From the NCBI GenBank assembly GCA_963836075.1, contig CAWIIB010000001.1, forward strand, positions 576,001-640,000: a stretch of 64,000 nucleotides of DNA, read 5' to 3'. The notes below the pieces were generated by a model. The model saw only the letters and a list, made by a program, of their open reading frames with translations. It ran no database searches and was not told where the DNA came from. This stretch comes from an uncultured Acidobacteriota bacterium (GTDB lineage: Bacteria > Acidobacteriota > JAQAZP01). Of the stretch, positions 9,789 to 20,350 are shown in pieces. Numbering within the stretch: the first letter of the stretch is position 1; the number at the start of each line of letters is the position of its first letter. A program made the translations under genes and the position numbers.

Positions 9789-10556
9789 ATGAAGATCAAA
9801 CCCGGCGCCGGAGACAGTGCCGACGAATCCCTGGACGGGCTGCTGGACGAGATGGACGATGCCCTGGGCGATTTCCTCGACCAGGCGGCAGCGGCCAATC
9901 CCGTGCCCGATCTTGACAGCTCCGCCCCTGCCCCGCAAAGCGGCCAGTGGGGCCTGGACGAGATGGAGGGGACCTTTCTGGCCATCCTCCGCAGCAGCCT
10001 CAAGCCGGTGACCAGGTACATCAAGGCGCTTGGTTCAATCCGGCACAACCCCTCGCTGTACGAGATCATCGACCTCACCGTCCACCCCATGGCCGAGCTG
10101 GCCCGACAGGCCGAACTTCAGGAACTGGCCGGCATCCTCGGCGACCTTTCGCAGACCTGCCGCGAGGCATCGGCGTCCAACGGCGACCGGGCCCGGCGCG
10201 CCGGCCTGAAAAAAGAGGTGCTGGAACGGTTCCAGGCACTGAGCGAGCGGGTGGACATCGGCTTCCGGGGGCACCGCCCGGCCGTGCTCAACCTGCTCCG
10301 CTTCTACCAGCGGGTGCGGCGGGAGCCCTGCTTCCAGCCGGACGACATCCAGCGGTTCTTTGCCGTGGGGATCCCGTCGGTAAGCTGGGTCAGCCGGACA
10401 CCGGCTTCGGAGATCGTCAGCCTCTCCGGGATCTCGGACCTGGGGATCAAGCGGTTGAAGACGCTGTCCAGACAGAGCGGGCGGAAAATCGGCTTCAAGA
10501 ACGCCGGCCTCGATCTCGATCTCTCCAGACTGTCCAGAATGACCACAAAGCTGTAG
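9789..10556 (+). CDS. Hypothetical protein with acidic N-terminus, helical core and C-terminal helix-hairpin-helix-like segment
   Basis: Long ORF filling the purC/tRNA gap; C-terminal FAVGIPSVSWVSRTPASEIVSLSGISDLGIKRL. Confidence 0.6.
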   Translation: MKIKPGAGDSADESLDGLLDEMDDALGDFLDQAAAANPVPDLDSSAPAPQSGQWGLDEMEGTFLAILRSSLKPVTRYIKALGSIRHNPSLYEIIDLTVHPMAELARQAELQELAGILGDLSQTCREASASNGDRARRAGLKKEVLERFQALSERVDIGFRGHRPAVLNLLRFYQRVRREPCFQPDDIQRFFAVGIPSVSWVSRTPASEIVSLSGISDLGIKRLKTLSRQSGRKIGFKNAGLDLDLSRLSRMTTKL

Positions 10557-10577
10557 CAGGCGGGCCCGGGTGAAGGG

Positions 10578-10653
10578 TGGTGCCGAGGGACGGAATTGAA
10601 CCGCCGACGCAGGGATTTTCAGTCCCTCGCTCTACCGACTGAGCTACCTCGGC
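10578..10653 (-). tRNA. tRNA-Phe (GAA)
   Basis: 76-nt cloverleaf GCCGAGG...CTGAAAA...TTCAATT...CCTCGGCACCA. Confidence 0.98.
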
Positions 10654-10727
10654 CCGGTCTGTGAAAAACTCGGACTTTATATACCAACAGGCTGCCGGCG
10701 TCAACATCCCGCTTCCTGCGGTGCCGC

Positions 10728-11246
10728 TCACCCCTCGTCGCTAAGCAGGTCGGCCCAGGTGCTGAGCATGCTGTCCAGTTCGCGGATCGTCGCCTGGCTC
10801 AGCCCCCCGGTCAGCCGTTTCAGACTCTCGGCATAGCTGGGCAGGACCCGGGCCAGCACCTCATCACCCTTTTTGGTCAACCGGATGATCCACTTGCGGC
10901 GGTCGGTGGCGTGCTTGGTGCGCACCACCAGTTTTTTCTTTTCCAGCTTGTCCACCATTCCGGTGACATTGGCCCCGGAGACCACCAGTTTTCGTCCCAG
11001 GTCCTTTTGCGAGAGTTCCTCGGAATTTAGGCTGTACTTGACAAAAGCCATGACGTTGAACAGGGCCACGGTGAGCCCGTTGTCGCGCAGCGTCTCGCCG
11101 AGGAGCGCCGAACTGCCCATCAGCCTGTTGACCCGGGTGTAGACATACCCGAGGTTGAGCAGCATCTCCTGCGCCGGATCATGAACCGGCAGCGAGATGG
11201 CCAACCGGTCCTGGATTCTGGAAGCGCCCTTCCCTTGCTGAACCAT
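10728..11246 (-). CDS. MarR family transcriptional regulator
   Basis: LSQKDLG...ANVTGMVDKLEKKKLVVR...DRRKWIIRLTKKG. Confidence 0.92.
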   Translation of the reverse strand: MVQQGKGASRIQDRLAISLPVHDPAQEMLLNLGYVYTRVNRLMGSSALLGETLRDNGLTVALFNVMAFVKYSLNSEELSQKDLGRKLVVSGANVTGMVDKLEKKKLVVRTKHATDRRKWIIRLTKKGDEVLARVLPSYAESLKRLTGGLSQATIRELDSMLSTWADLLSDEG

Positions 11247-11280
11247 GGATCAGATCTCCCCGATATTCGAAACACCCTGA

Positions 11281-11326
11281 ATAGTTAACTTGTTTATAAT
11301 ATACATTTCCAGCTTCCCCAGGTCAA
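11281..11326 (-). promoter_or_regulatory. MarR gene promoter with overlapping putative operator
   Basis: TTGACC-N17-TATATT on the minus strand; AT-rich imperfect palindrome ATAGTTAAC-TT-GTTTATAAT at 11281-11300. Confidence 0.6.
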
Positions 11327-11336
11327 CCGTACAATG

Positions 11337-11360
11337 AAAACCCCGCGACGGCCGCGGGGT
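11337..11360 (-). terminator. Intrinsic terminator
   Basis: CCCCGCG/CGCGGGG stem followed by TTTT on the minus strand. Confidence 0.7.
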
Positions 11361-11407
11361 CATGATGGCGTGCACATAAATTTTTTCCGTTAGCCGGACG
11401 CGCGGGT

Positions 11408-11656
11408 TCAGTTCTCGGAGAGCCAGAACTGTCCCAGACTTCCGAACGCTTCCGGCTGGTCGATACGGTACGGCCGGTGCCGGGCATCGACCTCCTCGTC
11501 CTCCTCCTCGTCCATCAAATAAGTCTCGACGTCCGAGCCCTCGTTGAGAAACCGTCTCAGTTCTTCTTCCGTTTCGCTGTCTTCAATGTTGTGCAGTTTC
11601 CGACCCTTGGTGGTACTACTTCGCCCTTCAACCAGGTTCCTGCTCTTCCGTGCCAT
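11408..11656 (-). CDS. Small hypothetical protein (basic N-terminus, acidic middle)
   Basis: GGAGGA RBS, ATG 11656 and a downstream terminator. Confidence 0.6.
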   Translation of the reverse strand: MARKSRNLVEGRSSTTKGRKLHNIEDSETEEELRRFLNEGSDVETYLMDEEEDEEVDARHRPYRIDQPEAFGSLGQFWLSEN

Positions 11657-11801
11657 CGCTTCCTCCGCCGTCAGCCGACGCCTTCCGGTCAAGACCGTAT
11701 TCGTTAACCCCTGTCATCCTTCACCGGATAACCGGTGCTGCAAAATTGATCGGCAAAAAGGCTGGAAAACTTGAGAACACGGGGGGTACGGAGGCCTGAT
11801 T

Positions 11802-13502
11802 TCACTCCACCACACGGCCGGCCAGCCTGAGCACCAGGCCCAGAACGCCGGCGCCCAGGAGCAGGGCCAGCAGCGGCGACAGGCCGAAGGCGGTGGGTAC
11901 GACGCCCACCACCAGGGCCACCCCGCCCACCACCAGGGCGTAGGGCAGCTGGGTGCGAACGTGGTCCACCAGGTCGGAGGAGGATGCCATGGAGGAGAGG
12001 ATGGTGGTGTCCGAGATCGGAGAGCAGTGATCGCCGAACACCGATCCGGCCAGCACCGAGGCGATGACCCCCAGCAGCACGTTCTCCGCCTGGTCCGGCG
12101 GGAACCCCGCGGCCACCGACATCTTCACCGCCAGCGGGATGGCCAGCGGAATGAGGATCGACATGGTGCCCCAGGAGGTGCCGGTGGCAAAACTGACCAG
12201 ACCGGAAACGATGAAGATCAGCGCCGGCAGGAAACGGGGATCGATGGCGTCACCGGTGAGGGAGAGGATGTAGTCGGCAGTGCCCAGGTCGGAACAGACC
12301 TGGCCCAGCGACCAGGCCAGCATCAGCACCACCAGCGCGGTGAGCATGGCCCGCGCCCCGCCCATCATCGAATCCACCGTCTCGCGCAGGTTGAGAATCC
12401 GGCGGCCCAGGGCCATCAGCGCGGCGGAGAGGCAACCCAGCAGCGAAGCCCAGAGCAGGACACGGTAGGAATCGGCCGCCCCCAGCGCGCTGCCCAGCGA
12501 GTGGGCCACGACACCGTCCCGGGCCAGGGACCGGCTGCCGTCGATGTAGAGACCGGCAAAGGCGGTGATCAGCACCACCAGCACCGGGACGGCCGCGGTG
12601 TACCACAACTGCGGCCGGTTCTCCAGCGGGCGCAGGTCTTCCCCGCCCATGTCCCACAGTGACCGGCCTCCCGGCCGCATAAGGCCGCCGCCGGAACGGG
12701 CCCGCGTCTCGGCGCGGTGCATGGCCGAGAAGTCGCGGCCGCTGAGGGCCACCATGAACCCGAAGGCCAGGGTCAGCAGCGGGTAGAAACGGTAGGGAAT
12801 GGAACGGAGAAAGGAGAGGTAGGCGTCACCCTGGTGGCCCACCGAAACAAAGGCGTCACGAATCAGACCGACTTCGGCGCCGATCCAGGTGGAGAAGACG
12901 GCCACCGCGGCCACCGGCGCCGAGGTGCTGTCGACGATGTAGGCCAGTTTTTCCCGGGAGACCTTGAAGCGGTCACAGAGCGGCCGCATGGAACTGCCCA
13001 CCAGCAGCGAGTTGGCATAGTCGTCGAAAAAGATCACCAGCCCCATGGCCCAGACCACCACCTGGGTCGACCTGGCGCTGCGGGCCAGCCGGCCCAGCAC
13101 CCGCACCACGCCACTGGCCCCGCCGGCCCGGGAGATGATTCCGGTCATCCCGCCCAGCAGCAGGGTGAAGATCATGATCGCGGCGTGATCGCGGCTGGCC
13201 AGGGCATTGAGCAGGTAGTGGTCGGCAGTGCGCAGCAGGGCGGTGAAGGGATTCCACCCGCCCACCAGCAGGGCCCCGAGGTAAACACCGGCAAAGAGTG
13301 AGACGATCACCTGGCGCAGCAGCAGGGCCAGGACGATGGCCACCAGCGGGGGCAGCAGGGAGCCGATCCCGGGGACCGGGGACGCCGGTGCCCCAACCGG
13401 CGGCTGTTGGGTACCGGCCGCCGCGGGGAGCCAGCAGAGGACGAGCAGGGCAGACAGCAGCAATGCTGCGACAACAGCCGGACTGCGCCACCCTGTCTTA
13501 AT
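11802..13502 (-). CDS. Na+/H+ antiporter NhaC family protein
   Basis: [43 protein letters not shown] and HVRTQLPYA; start assigned to ATT at 13502 (see findings). Confidence 0.88.
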   Translation of the reverse strand: MKTGWRSPAVVAALLLSALLVLCWLPAAAGTQQPPVGAPASPVPGIGSLLPPLVAIVLALLLRQVIVSLFAGVYLGALLVGGWNPFTALLRTADHYLLNALASRDHAAIMIFTLLLGGMTGIISRAGGASGVVRVLGRLARSARSTQVVVWAMGLVIFFDDYANSLLVGSSMRPLCDRFKVSREKLAYIVDSTSAPVAAVAVFSTWIGAEVGLIRDAFVSVGHQGDAYLSFLRSIPYRFYPLLTLAFGFMVALSGRDFSAMHRAETRARSGGGLMRPGGRSLWDMGGEDLRPLENRPQLWYTAAVPVLVVLITAFAGLYIDGSRSLARDGVVAHSLGSALGAADSYRVLLWASLLGCLSAALMALGRRILNLRETVDSMMGGARAMLTALVVLMLAWSLGQVCSDLGTADYILSLTGDAIDPRFLPALIFIVSGLVSFATGTSWGTMSILIPLAIPLAVKMSVAAGFPPDQAENVLLGVIASVLAGSVFGDHCSPISDTTILSSMASSSDLVDHVRTQLPYALVVGGVALVVGVVPTAFGLSPLLALLLGAGVLGLVLRLAGRVVE

Positions 13503-14544
13503 CCGCGACCTCCTCAGGTTGTTCCACAGCAGCCGGCTCAACGTCCACCAGGCCGAGGAGTTCGCGCAACTCCGCGTCCAGCCGTGCTTCGATCTCCGGG
13601 TTTTCCAGGATGAACTTGCGGGCGTTCTCCCGGCCCTGCCCCATACGCACATCGCCGATGGAATACCAGGCCCCGGTCTTGTTCAGCAACCGGTGCTCCA
13701 CGCCGAGGTCCAGCAGGTCGCCGTGGGATGAGATCCCCTCCCCGTAGAGGATGTCGAATTCGGCCTTCTTGAACGGCGCGGCCAGCTTGTTCTTCACCAC
13801 CTTGACCCGGGTCCGGTTGCCGATCACATCGTCGCCCGATTTGAGTGCCGCGATACGGCGGATGTCCACCCGCACCGAGGTGTAGAATTTCAGCGCGCGG
13901 CCACCGGTGGTGGTTTCCGGGTTGCCGAACATCACCCCGATCTTTTCCCGGATCTGGTTGATGAAGACCAGGCAGGTCCGGCTGCGGGAGACGATGGCGG
14001 TCAATTTGCGCAGCGCCTGGGACATCAGGCGGGCCTGGAGCCCCACGTGGGAGTCGCCCATGTCGCCTTCCAGCTCGGCCCGGGGCACCAGTGCCGCCAC
14101 CGAGTCGACCACCAGGATGTCCACCGCGTTGGAGCGGATCAGCATTTCGGTGATCTCCAGCGCCTGTTCGCCGGAGTCGGGCTGGGAGATGAGGATATTT
14201 TCCACGTCCACCCCCAGGTTCTCAGCATAGCCGGCGTCCAGCGCGTGCTCGGCATCGACGAAGGCGGCCACGCCCCCGCCCTTTTGTGCATTGGCCACGG
14301 CGTGCAGGGCCAGGGTGGTCTTGCCCGACGCTTCCGGCCCGTAGATCTCCACCACCCGGCCACGGGGCCACCCGCCGATCCCCAGAGCATAGTCGATGGA
14401 CAGCGCCCCGGAAGGGATCACCTCCACCTTGACCCGGGCGCCGGATTCACCCAGGCGCATGATCGACCCCACGCCAAACTGCTTCTCGATCTGCGACAGG
14501 GCCGTATCGATGGCCTTGGACCGCTCCTTTGTTTCCTTCTCCAT
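13498..14544 (-). CDS. recA: Recombinase A
   Basis: [25 protein letters not shown] and GGRALKFY. Confidence 0.99.
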   Translation of the reverse strand: MEKETKERSKAIDTALSQIEKQFGVGSIMRLGESGARVKVEVIPSGALSIDYALGIGGWPRGRVVEIYGPEASGKTTLALHAVANAQKGGGVAAFVDAEHALDAGYAENLGVDVENILISQPDSGEQALEITEMLIRSNAVDILVVDSVAALVPRAELEGDMGDSHVGLQARLMSQALRKLTAIVSRSRTCLVFINQIREKIGVMFGNPETTTGGRALKFYTSVRVDIRRIAALKSGDDVIGNRTRVKVVKNKLAAPFKKAEFDILYGEGISSHGDLLDLGVEHRLLNKTGAWYSIGDVRMGQGRENARKFILENPEIEARLDAELRELLGLVDVEPAAVEQPEEVAD

Positions 14545-14748
14545 ATCAGATACCTCTGGTCAGTCCGTAAACGGTGAAAGGTTGTGGCCGGCCCCCGGGG
14601 GACCGTCGCCGGCAATAGTGCGCCCGTTGGAATGCAGAAGCCGAAAAGGAATAACGCACACTTATTCCGGCAGCCATCTGCCGTCACTTGGCAGGAAGAG
14701 GTTAACTTTCGCAGGTCCGGCAATGATAACGGCGGACCGGCAAGGCTG

Positions 14749-15531
14749 TCAAGACAGCCCCCGCTCCTTGCGGATGGTGGTGTAGGCGCGGTGGATGGCC
14801 TGGAACTTTTCGGTGGCCATCTTGACGAACTCCGGGCCCAGGTGGTTCACCCTGTCCGGATGATACTTGCGGGCCATGGTGCGGTAGGCAGTTTTGACCT
14901 CATCGTCGCTGGCCCCGGGAGAGATGCCCAGGGCGGCGTAGGCCTCCGACGGGCGGCCGGTTCGGCGCGACCGCGGACGGCTGGTGCGTTCGAACTCCGA
15001 ACGGATGGACCGGTGGTCCGCCGGCCCGATGCCCATGTGGCCCACCACCCGTTCGATCACCGACCGTTCCGCCTCGTGGAGCACACCGTCGGCGGCGGCA
15101 ACCAGGTAGAGCGCCCGCAGCATCAGCAGTCGCTCCTCGTAGGTGGAGATCCGCTCATACTCGATGCAGATGCTCAGCAGGTTCAGGTCCGCCGACACCG
15201 CCTCCTTCATCAGCTGACGGATGGTGTTCAGGTCCTCGCCCCGAAAGCCCAGGCCCTCGAAAAAGAGCCTCATCGCCCGGACTTCGCGGTTGTCCAGGCT
15301 GCCGTCGGCCCGGGCCACCACGGTCATCAGCCCCACCAGGTTCAGCACGAAGAGGAAGGAGCGGTCGGTCTTGCTGAAGGATTCAGCCCCGGCCCCGCCC
15401 AGACGTTCACGGCGGCCGGGCCGCGGTCCGTCGTCCAGGGCCCCGCCGATCAGCGCCCCCACCACCGCCCCGAACGGTCCGGCCGCGGCAAATCCCAGAG
15501 CGCCGCCGATCAGGATGCCGCGCCACCTCAA
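14749..15531 (-). CDS. djlA: DjlA-like co-chaperone (TM + TerB + J domain)
   Basis: Gly-rich N-terminal TM segment, TerB ADG motifs and C-terminal J domain with HPD. Confidence 0.75.
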   Translation of the reverse strand: MRWRGILIGGALGFAAAGPFGAVVGALIGGALDDGPRPGRRERLGGAGAESFSKTDRSFLFVLNLVGLMTVVARADGSLDNREVRAMRLFFEGLGFRGEDLNTIRQLMKEAVSADLNLLSICIEYERISTYEERLLMLRALYLVAAADGVLHEAERSVIERVVGHMGIGPADHRSIRSEFERTSRPRSRRTGRPSEAYAALGISPGASDDEVKTAYRTMARKYHPDRVNHLGPEFVKMATEKFQAIHRAYTTIRKERGLS

Positions 15532-15581
15532 TGCCCTGCTCCTTTACGTGTACATATCCGGGGGATACCGCCCGCCGGCGG

Positions 15582-18263
15582 TCAGCTGGATTGGAGCCGC
15601 TGGATGCGGGCCGACACGTCGCGGTACTGACCGTCCATGGCGCCCAGTGCCTGGAAGGCTTCCAGGGCCTTGTCGGTGGCGCCGTCGGCTTCGAGGGCCG
15701 CCGCCAGGTCGTATTGCAGGCCCTTGTTCTCTTCGGACCCGTCCTCGGCCGCCAGGAGCCCCTTCTCGTACCACTTGATCGCCTCGCCCGGCATCCCCTT
15801 CTCCATGAAACAGGCGCCGAGCATGACACAGCAATCGAGACGCCTCTCGGTGGAGCGGGCAGCGATCTGGAACTCACCGATGGCCTCGTCCACCAGCGAC
15901 ATCTCCTTGTAGGCGATGCCCAGGTCGTAGTGGGTGCCGTGATCCTCGTCGTCCACCTGGCCGGCAACCTCCTCCTGGAACATGGAGAGGACTTCAGTGA
16001 GCTGCTCGTCCTCCAGCTTGGTCCCGGTGAGTTCCGGTTCCCTGGTGGACGCCGGCTTCTTCCGCGGCGCGGCCGGCGGTGCGGAGGGCGCCTTTGGCTT
16101 GGCCGGCACGGCCTGCGCCGGCATCCCGTCGCCGGGGCCACCAACCTGCTCCTTCATCTCCAGCAGCCGGGGGTGCTCCGGGTGGGTCTGCAACAACCCG
16201 TGGATCAGGTCCCGGGCCTCGGCGATAAAGCCCTGGCTGATGAAGAAGTCCACTTCCTCCAGGTCTTCGGACAGCGGGTCCGCGGCGCCCTCGGTTCCGG
16301 CCGCCACAGCCGGCGGCGCCGGAGCCGCCGGCACCTCCGCGGCAGGCTCCGCTGCAGCGGCGGGTTCCGCCGGTTCCACGGCCGTTAGTTTCTCGGGCTC
16401 CCCGGCCGCCGGAGCGATCTCTTCCGCTGCCGGTTCCGCCGCGGTGGCCCCGTTCATCCACGAGGCCCTGGCCGTCTCGTCCGCGGCGCTTTCCGGCGCT
16501 GGAGCCATCTCCGGAACCGGCGCCAGCTGCGCAATCCGTTCCCCCATGGCATCCGCATCAGCTTCTCGCCCCTGGGCCTTGTAGATACTGGCCGCCAGTT
16601 CGCAGACATCCGTGCGGTCGGGGTACGCTTCCAGCAGCTCCTCCACCTGTCCCAGGGCCTTGTTCACCATCCCGTAGGAGAGGAAGACCCGGGTGGCGGT
16701 CAAAAGCTCCAGGATATCGCTCTCCCCCGCCGGGATTTGGACCTTGTCCGTCTCCTCCTCCGGCGTCTCGTCCACCGTGGCTTCCGGCTCTTCGGCCTCC
16801 TCGACCTCCAGCGCCAGCTCCTCCTCCGCCGGTGCGTCCACAACCGGCTCGGGGATCATGTCGTCGTCGATGATCAGTTCGATTTCGGTATCGCCCGCCG
16901 GGACCTCTTCTTCGTCCACGCCGAGGACCACCCGGTCGGTGCCGTTGGCCATCACCAGCTGCGGACCGTCTAAATCCGGGCCTTCCCCGGATGTTTCTTC
17001 CTCGGCATCCACCTCGGACAGGCTGGTCTTGGCATCATCGGGCAGGAAATCGATCAACGTATCGTCCAGTTCCTCCACCTGAGTGGAGACAAGCTGCTCG
17101 GCCTCGGCCCGCCGGGCCTGCAATAGGTCAGCCACGTCCCCGGAGGCCCACTGCAACAGGTGGGTCAGGACATGCAGCTCCTCCTGGAACCGGCCCGCCT
17201 GATGGCAGGCGCCGGCCAGCCGGCTGAGCGCCTGCTGGTAGGCTTCCTGGTCACCGCTGTCGCGGTGCAGCACGGCCAGCTCGCGCAGTCCGTGGAGATG
17301 GTGTGGTTCGGTGTCGAGAAACTGCTGGAGGAAACTGAGGCAGAGTTCCGGCGTCTTCGATTCCTCGGGACGGTTGAAGACGTGGCGGCACTGGTCGAAG
17401 GCCCGCTCGCTGTCCGCGGCGGCCAGGTGGCAGAGGGCCATTTCCACGTGACAGCGGTCATTGCCGTAGTCGAGCTTGAGCGCATCCTCGAGGTGCGTCC
17501 TGGCCCCTTCGATGTCACCGGAATCCCGTTTGGCCTGGCCCAGGACCAGGAGATACTCCACATCCGGTTCGGTGATTGCCGGAAGCGCCTTGTCCAGCAG
17601 GCCGGCCGCCCGGGCGGCCTCTCCGGCCTGCAGCAGGAGGTCGGCCATCCCGCAGAGCAGCTGCGGGTCGTCGGTGGTGGCTTCCAGGGCCTTTTCCAGG
17701 GTGGCCAGCGCTTCCTTCTGCTGACCCGCCCCCAGCTGTTTTCGCGCCGTTCTCAGGTGACGTGACGCCGCCTCGCCGGAGTCCCCGCCTTCTTCCAGCA
17801 GGTCCACCAGCTTGTCGCGCACGGCGGGATCGTCGGGATCGAGTTTTTCCAGCCGTTCCAGCGCCCGGCGCGCGCCTTCACCGTTCCCGCGGCTCTTGAA
17901 GGCCTCGGCGGCACGCAGCAGGTTCTGCCTGGCCTCCATGCGCAGGCCGCGTTCCGCGTAAAGTTCGCCCAGTTCCAGGAAAGTCTCGATCCGGGACGGA
18001 TCGAGTTTGCTGATCTTCTTGTAGATCGCGATGGCCTTGAGCAGGAAGCCGTCCTGCTTGAAATAGGTCGCGATGGTATCGAACTGCTTGACCGCATCGC
18101 TGATGAGGCCCGCGCGGACGTAGAGATCCCCGGCCTTGTTCAGCAGAGCGACATCCCGCGGATTTTCCTCCACCAGCTGCAGCAGCTTGGCGGCGGCCTC
18201 CGCCGGGTTCCCGCGCTGGGCGAGGCGGTCCACCTGTTTGAGAATCTTGTTACGGCTGGCCAT
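15582..18263 (-). CDS. Large tetratricopeptide repeat protein with acidic linkers
   Basis: N-terminal TPR array, D/E-rich linkers and C-terminal THYDLGIAYKEM TPR block. Confidence 0.85.
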   Translation of the reverse strand: MASRNKILKQVDRLAQRGNPAEAAAKLLQLVEENPRDVALLNKAGDLYVRAGLISDAVKQFDTIATYFKQDGFLLKAIAIYKKISKLDPSRIETFLELGELYAERGLRMEARQNLLRAAEAFKSRGNGEGARRALERLEKLDPDDPAVRDKLVDLLEEGGDSGEAASRHLRTARKQLGAGQQKEALATLEKALEATTDDPQLLCGMADLLLQAGEAARAAGLLDKALPAITEPDVEYLLVLGQAKRDSGDIEGARTHLEDALKLDYGNDRCHVEMALCHLAAADSERAFDQCRHVFNRPEESKTPELCLSFLQQFLDTEPHHLHGLRELAVLHRDSGDQEAYQQALSRLAGACHQAGRFQEELHVLTHLLQWASGDVADLLQARRAEAEQLVSTQVEELDDTLIDFLPDDAKTSLSEVDAEEETSGEGPDLDGPQLVMANGTDRVVLGVDEEEVPAGDTEIELIIDDDMIPEPVVDAPAEEELALEVEEAEEPEATVDETPEEETDKVQIPAGESDILELLTATRVFLSYGMVNKALGQVEELLEAYPDRTDVCELAASIYKAQGREADADAMGERIAQLAPVPEMAPAPESAADETARASWMNGATAAEPAAEEIAPAAGEPEKLTAVEPAEPAAAAEPAAEVPAAPAPPAVAAGTEGAADPLSEDLEEVDFFISQGFIAEARDLIHGLLQTHPEHPRLLEMKEQVGGPGDGMPAQAVPAKPKAPSAPPAAPRKKPASTREPELTGTKLEDEQLTEVLSMFQEEVAGQVDDEDHGTHYDLGIAYKEMSLVDEAIGEFQIAARSTERRLDCCVMLGACFMEKGMPGEAIKWYEKGLLAAEDGSEENKGLQYDLAAALEADGATDKALEAFQALGAMDGQYRDVSARIQRLQSS

Positions 18264-18286
18264 CTGTCCTGAATGTGTTCAGAATG

Positions 18287-18628
18287 TTAGCGTTTCTCCC
18301 GGATTCTCGCCTGCTTGCCCTTCTTGTCGCGCAGGTAGTAGAGCTTGGCCCGGCGAACCCGGCCCCGTCTGACCACCTCGATCCTGTCGAGGATAGGCGA
18401 GTGCAGCGGAAAAATCCGTTCCACGCCGACGCCGTGGGATATCTTCCTCACCCGGAAGGTCTCCCGGATGCCGCCGCCGCTCCGCCCGATGATCACACCC
18501 TGGAAAACCTGGATCCGCTGCTTGTCACCTTCACGAACCTTGACATGCACCTTCACCGTGTCCCCCGGTCCGAAATCCGGCAGACCTTCCACCATCCCGC
18601 TCTTTTCCATAGCATCAACTACATTCAT
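18287..18628 (-). CDS. rplS: 50S ribosomal protein L19
   Basis: [18 protein letters not shown] and RRAKLYYLR. Confidence 0.98.
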   Translation of the reverse strand: MNVVDAMEKSGMVEGLPDFGPGDTVKVHVKVREGDKQRIQVFQGVIIGRSGGGIRETFRVRKISHGVGVERIFPLHSPILDRIEVVRRGRVRRAKLYYLRDKKGKQARIREKR

Positions 18629-18732
18629 GACCCTGTCCTCTTCACGGCGATTGACCGTCAATCCCGTCTGTTCCTGATCCCGATGCCCGCTCCACGGTTT
18701 CCGGCAGTGTTTCCGGAAACCAAGCCGGCAGA

Positions 18733-19482
18733 TCACCGGTCCTTGTTCTCATCCCTGTCGCCCTGATGGCGCTCCAGCCACCGGCGGTAGATATCCGGCC
18801 GCCTGGTGCGTGTATTCTCTATGGCGTTCTCCGCCCTCCAGGCGGCTATTCGCCCATGATCGCCGGAGAGCAGGACCTCCGGCACCTCCATCCCGCGAAA
18901 CGTTGCCGGCCGCGTGAAATGGCTGAAATCCAGCAGCCCGTCGGTGAACGAATCCCTGACGATGGACTCGCTGCAGCCGGCGGCCCCGGGAAGCAGCCGG
19001 GTGACGGCCTCCAGCAGAACCATGGCCGCCAGCTCCCCGCCGCTGATCACGTAATCGCCAAGGGACAACGACTGGGTGACCAGATGCTCCCGTACCCGCT
19101 CATCCACACCTTCGTATCGGCAACAAAGAAGCACCAGTCGCGTGAATCCTGACAATTCCACGACTTTTTGCTGCGTCAGCCGCTCCCCCTGGGGATCGAG
19201 GAGGATCACCGGTGTATCAGGCTCCGGCTCCAGCGCCTCCACCGCCCGGAACAGCGGTTCGGGCTTGTAGACCATCCCTCCCCCGCCGCCGTAGGGCAGG
19301 TCGTCCACCGAACCGTGCCGGTCGCCGGCGAACTGCCGCAGGTCGTGCAGCCCGATATCGATGATCCCCTTGCGCAGCGCCTGTCCGATCATGCCGCAGC
19401 CGCACACGCCGGAGAACATCTCGGGGAAGATGGTCACCAGGTCGAACCGCAACGGGACGGACCCGGCCGCTTCACGGCTCAA
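18733..19482 (-). CDS. trmD: tRNA (guanine-N1)-methyltransferase
   Basis: [31 protein letters not shown] and [10 protein letters not shown]. Confidence 0.97.
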   Translation of the reverse strand: MSREAAGSVPLRFDLVTIFPEMFSGVCGCGMIGQALRKGIIDIGLHDLRQFAGDRHGSVDDLPYGGGGGMVYKPEPLFRAVEALEPEPDTPVILLDPQGERLTQQKVVELSGFTRLVLLCCRYEGVDERVREHLVTQSLSLGDYVISGGELAAMVLLEAVTRLLPGAAGCSESIVRDSFTDGLLDFSHFTRPATFRGMEVPEVLLSGDHGRIAAWRAENAIENTRTRRPDIYRRWLERHQGDRDENKDR

Positions 19483-20075
19483 CGGTTGATCTCCAGCAGG
19501 CCCTCGGGAAGACGGACCCTGACGATTCCCTCTGAAAGATCGACATCATAGCAGAATTCCTCGACGGCCGGAATGAGGAAGGGGGCTTCTCCCGCTCCCC
19601 CTGACGGCCGTACTTCCAGGATGTCGCCCGCCGCCGTTCGCAGCAGTCCGCTGATCTGCCCCAGGCGGTCGCCGCTCTCGGTCACCACGGCCAGCCCCAC
19701 CAGCTGGTGATGGTAATACTGGCCTTCGGTCAGCTCCAGCTCGTCGCCGCCGGCGGCATAGAGCCGGCCGCCGCGCAACTCTTCGGCCCCGGAGATGGTC
19801 GCCACACCACGGAACCGCAGCACCAGCCGCTGGCCGATGGTGCGGCTCTCCTCCAATTCCGCCGGCCGCACCGGTGCAAAGCCTTTGCCCTCCGGCAGTT
19901 CCAGGAGCAGCTCCCCTGGAGCCCGAAACCGGATCTCGGGAAAATCGGTGCGCGGCTCAACATAGACTTCTCCCCGGTTGCCGCGGGGTTTTCCGATAAC
20001 CCCCACCAGAATCCGGGATTCGTCTCTATCCGTCACCGCTGGCTCCATCTGTGCGGTATATACCGTCCTACTCAA
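19479..20075 (-). CDS. rimM: 16S rRNA processing protein
   Basis: [23 protein letters not shown] and LIPAV; operon context. Confidence 0.93.
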   Translation of the reverse strand: MSRTVYTAQMEPAVTDRDESRILVGVIGKPRGNRGEVYVEPRTDFPEIRFRAPGELLLELPEGKGFAPVRPAELEESRTIGQRLVLRFRGVATISGAEELRGGRLYAAGGDELELTEGQYYHHQLVGLAVVTESGDRLGQISGLLRTAAGDILEVRPSGGAGEAPFLIPAVEEFCYDVDLSEGIVRVRLPEGLLEINR

Positions 20076-20298
20076 GAATCTCCAGCACGAACCGCTTCTT
20101 CAACTTCATCCCCGAAGCGCCGAGAATAGTCCGGATGGCACGGGCGGTGCGGCCCTGCTTGCCGATCACCTTGCCCAGGTCGTCCGGCGCCACACGCAGT
20201 TCCAGAACCGTTGTCTGCTCACCGTCGATTTTGGTCACCGTAACGGCATCGGGCTCATCCACCAGGCATTTGGCGATCAACTCCAGTAATTCCTTCAT
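20068..20298 (-). CDS. khpA: KH domain RNA-binding protein
   Basis: [18 protein letters not shown]; located between rpsP and rimM. Confidence 0.93.
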   Translation of the reverse strand: MKELLELIAKCLVDEPDAVTVTKIDGEQTTVLELRVAPDDLGKVIGKQGRTARAIRTILGASGMKLKKRFVLEILE

Positions 20299-20350
20299 CG
20301 GCTCCCCCCCCTTTGGAAAACCGCCGGGGCAGCGTACCCGGCGTTGGCGC

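Noticed and set aside
10578-10653. tRNA-Phe and tRNA-Gly as island integration sites
   Set aside because: No duplicated 3' end or adjacent integrase was seen for either tRNA.
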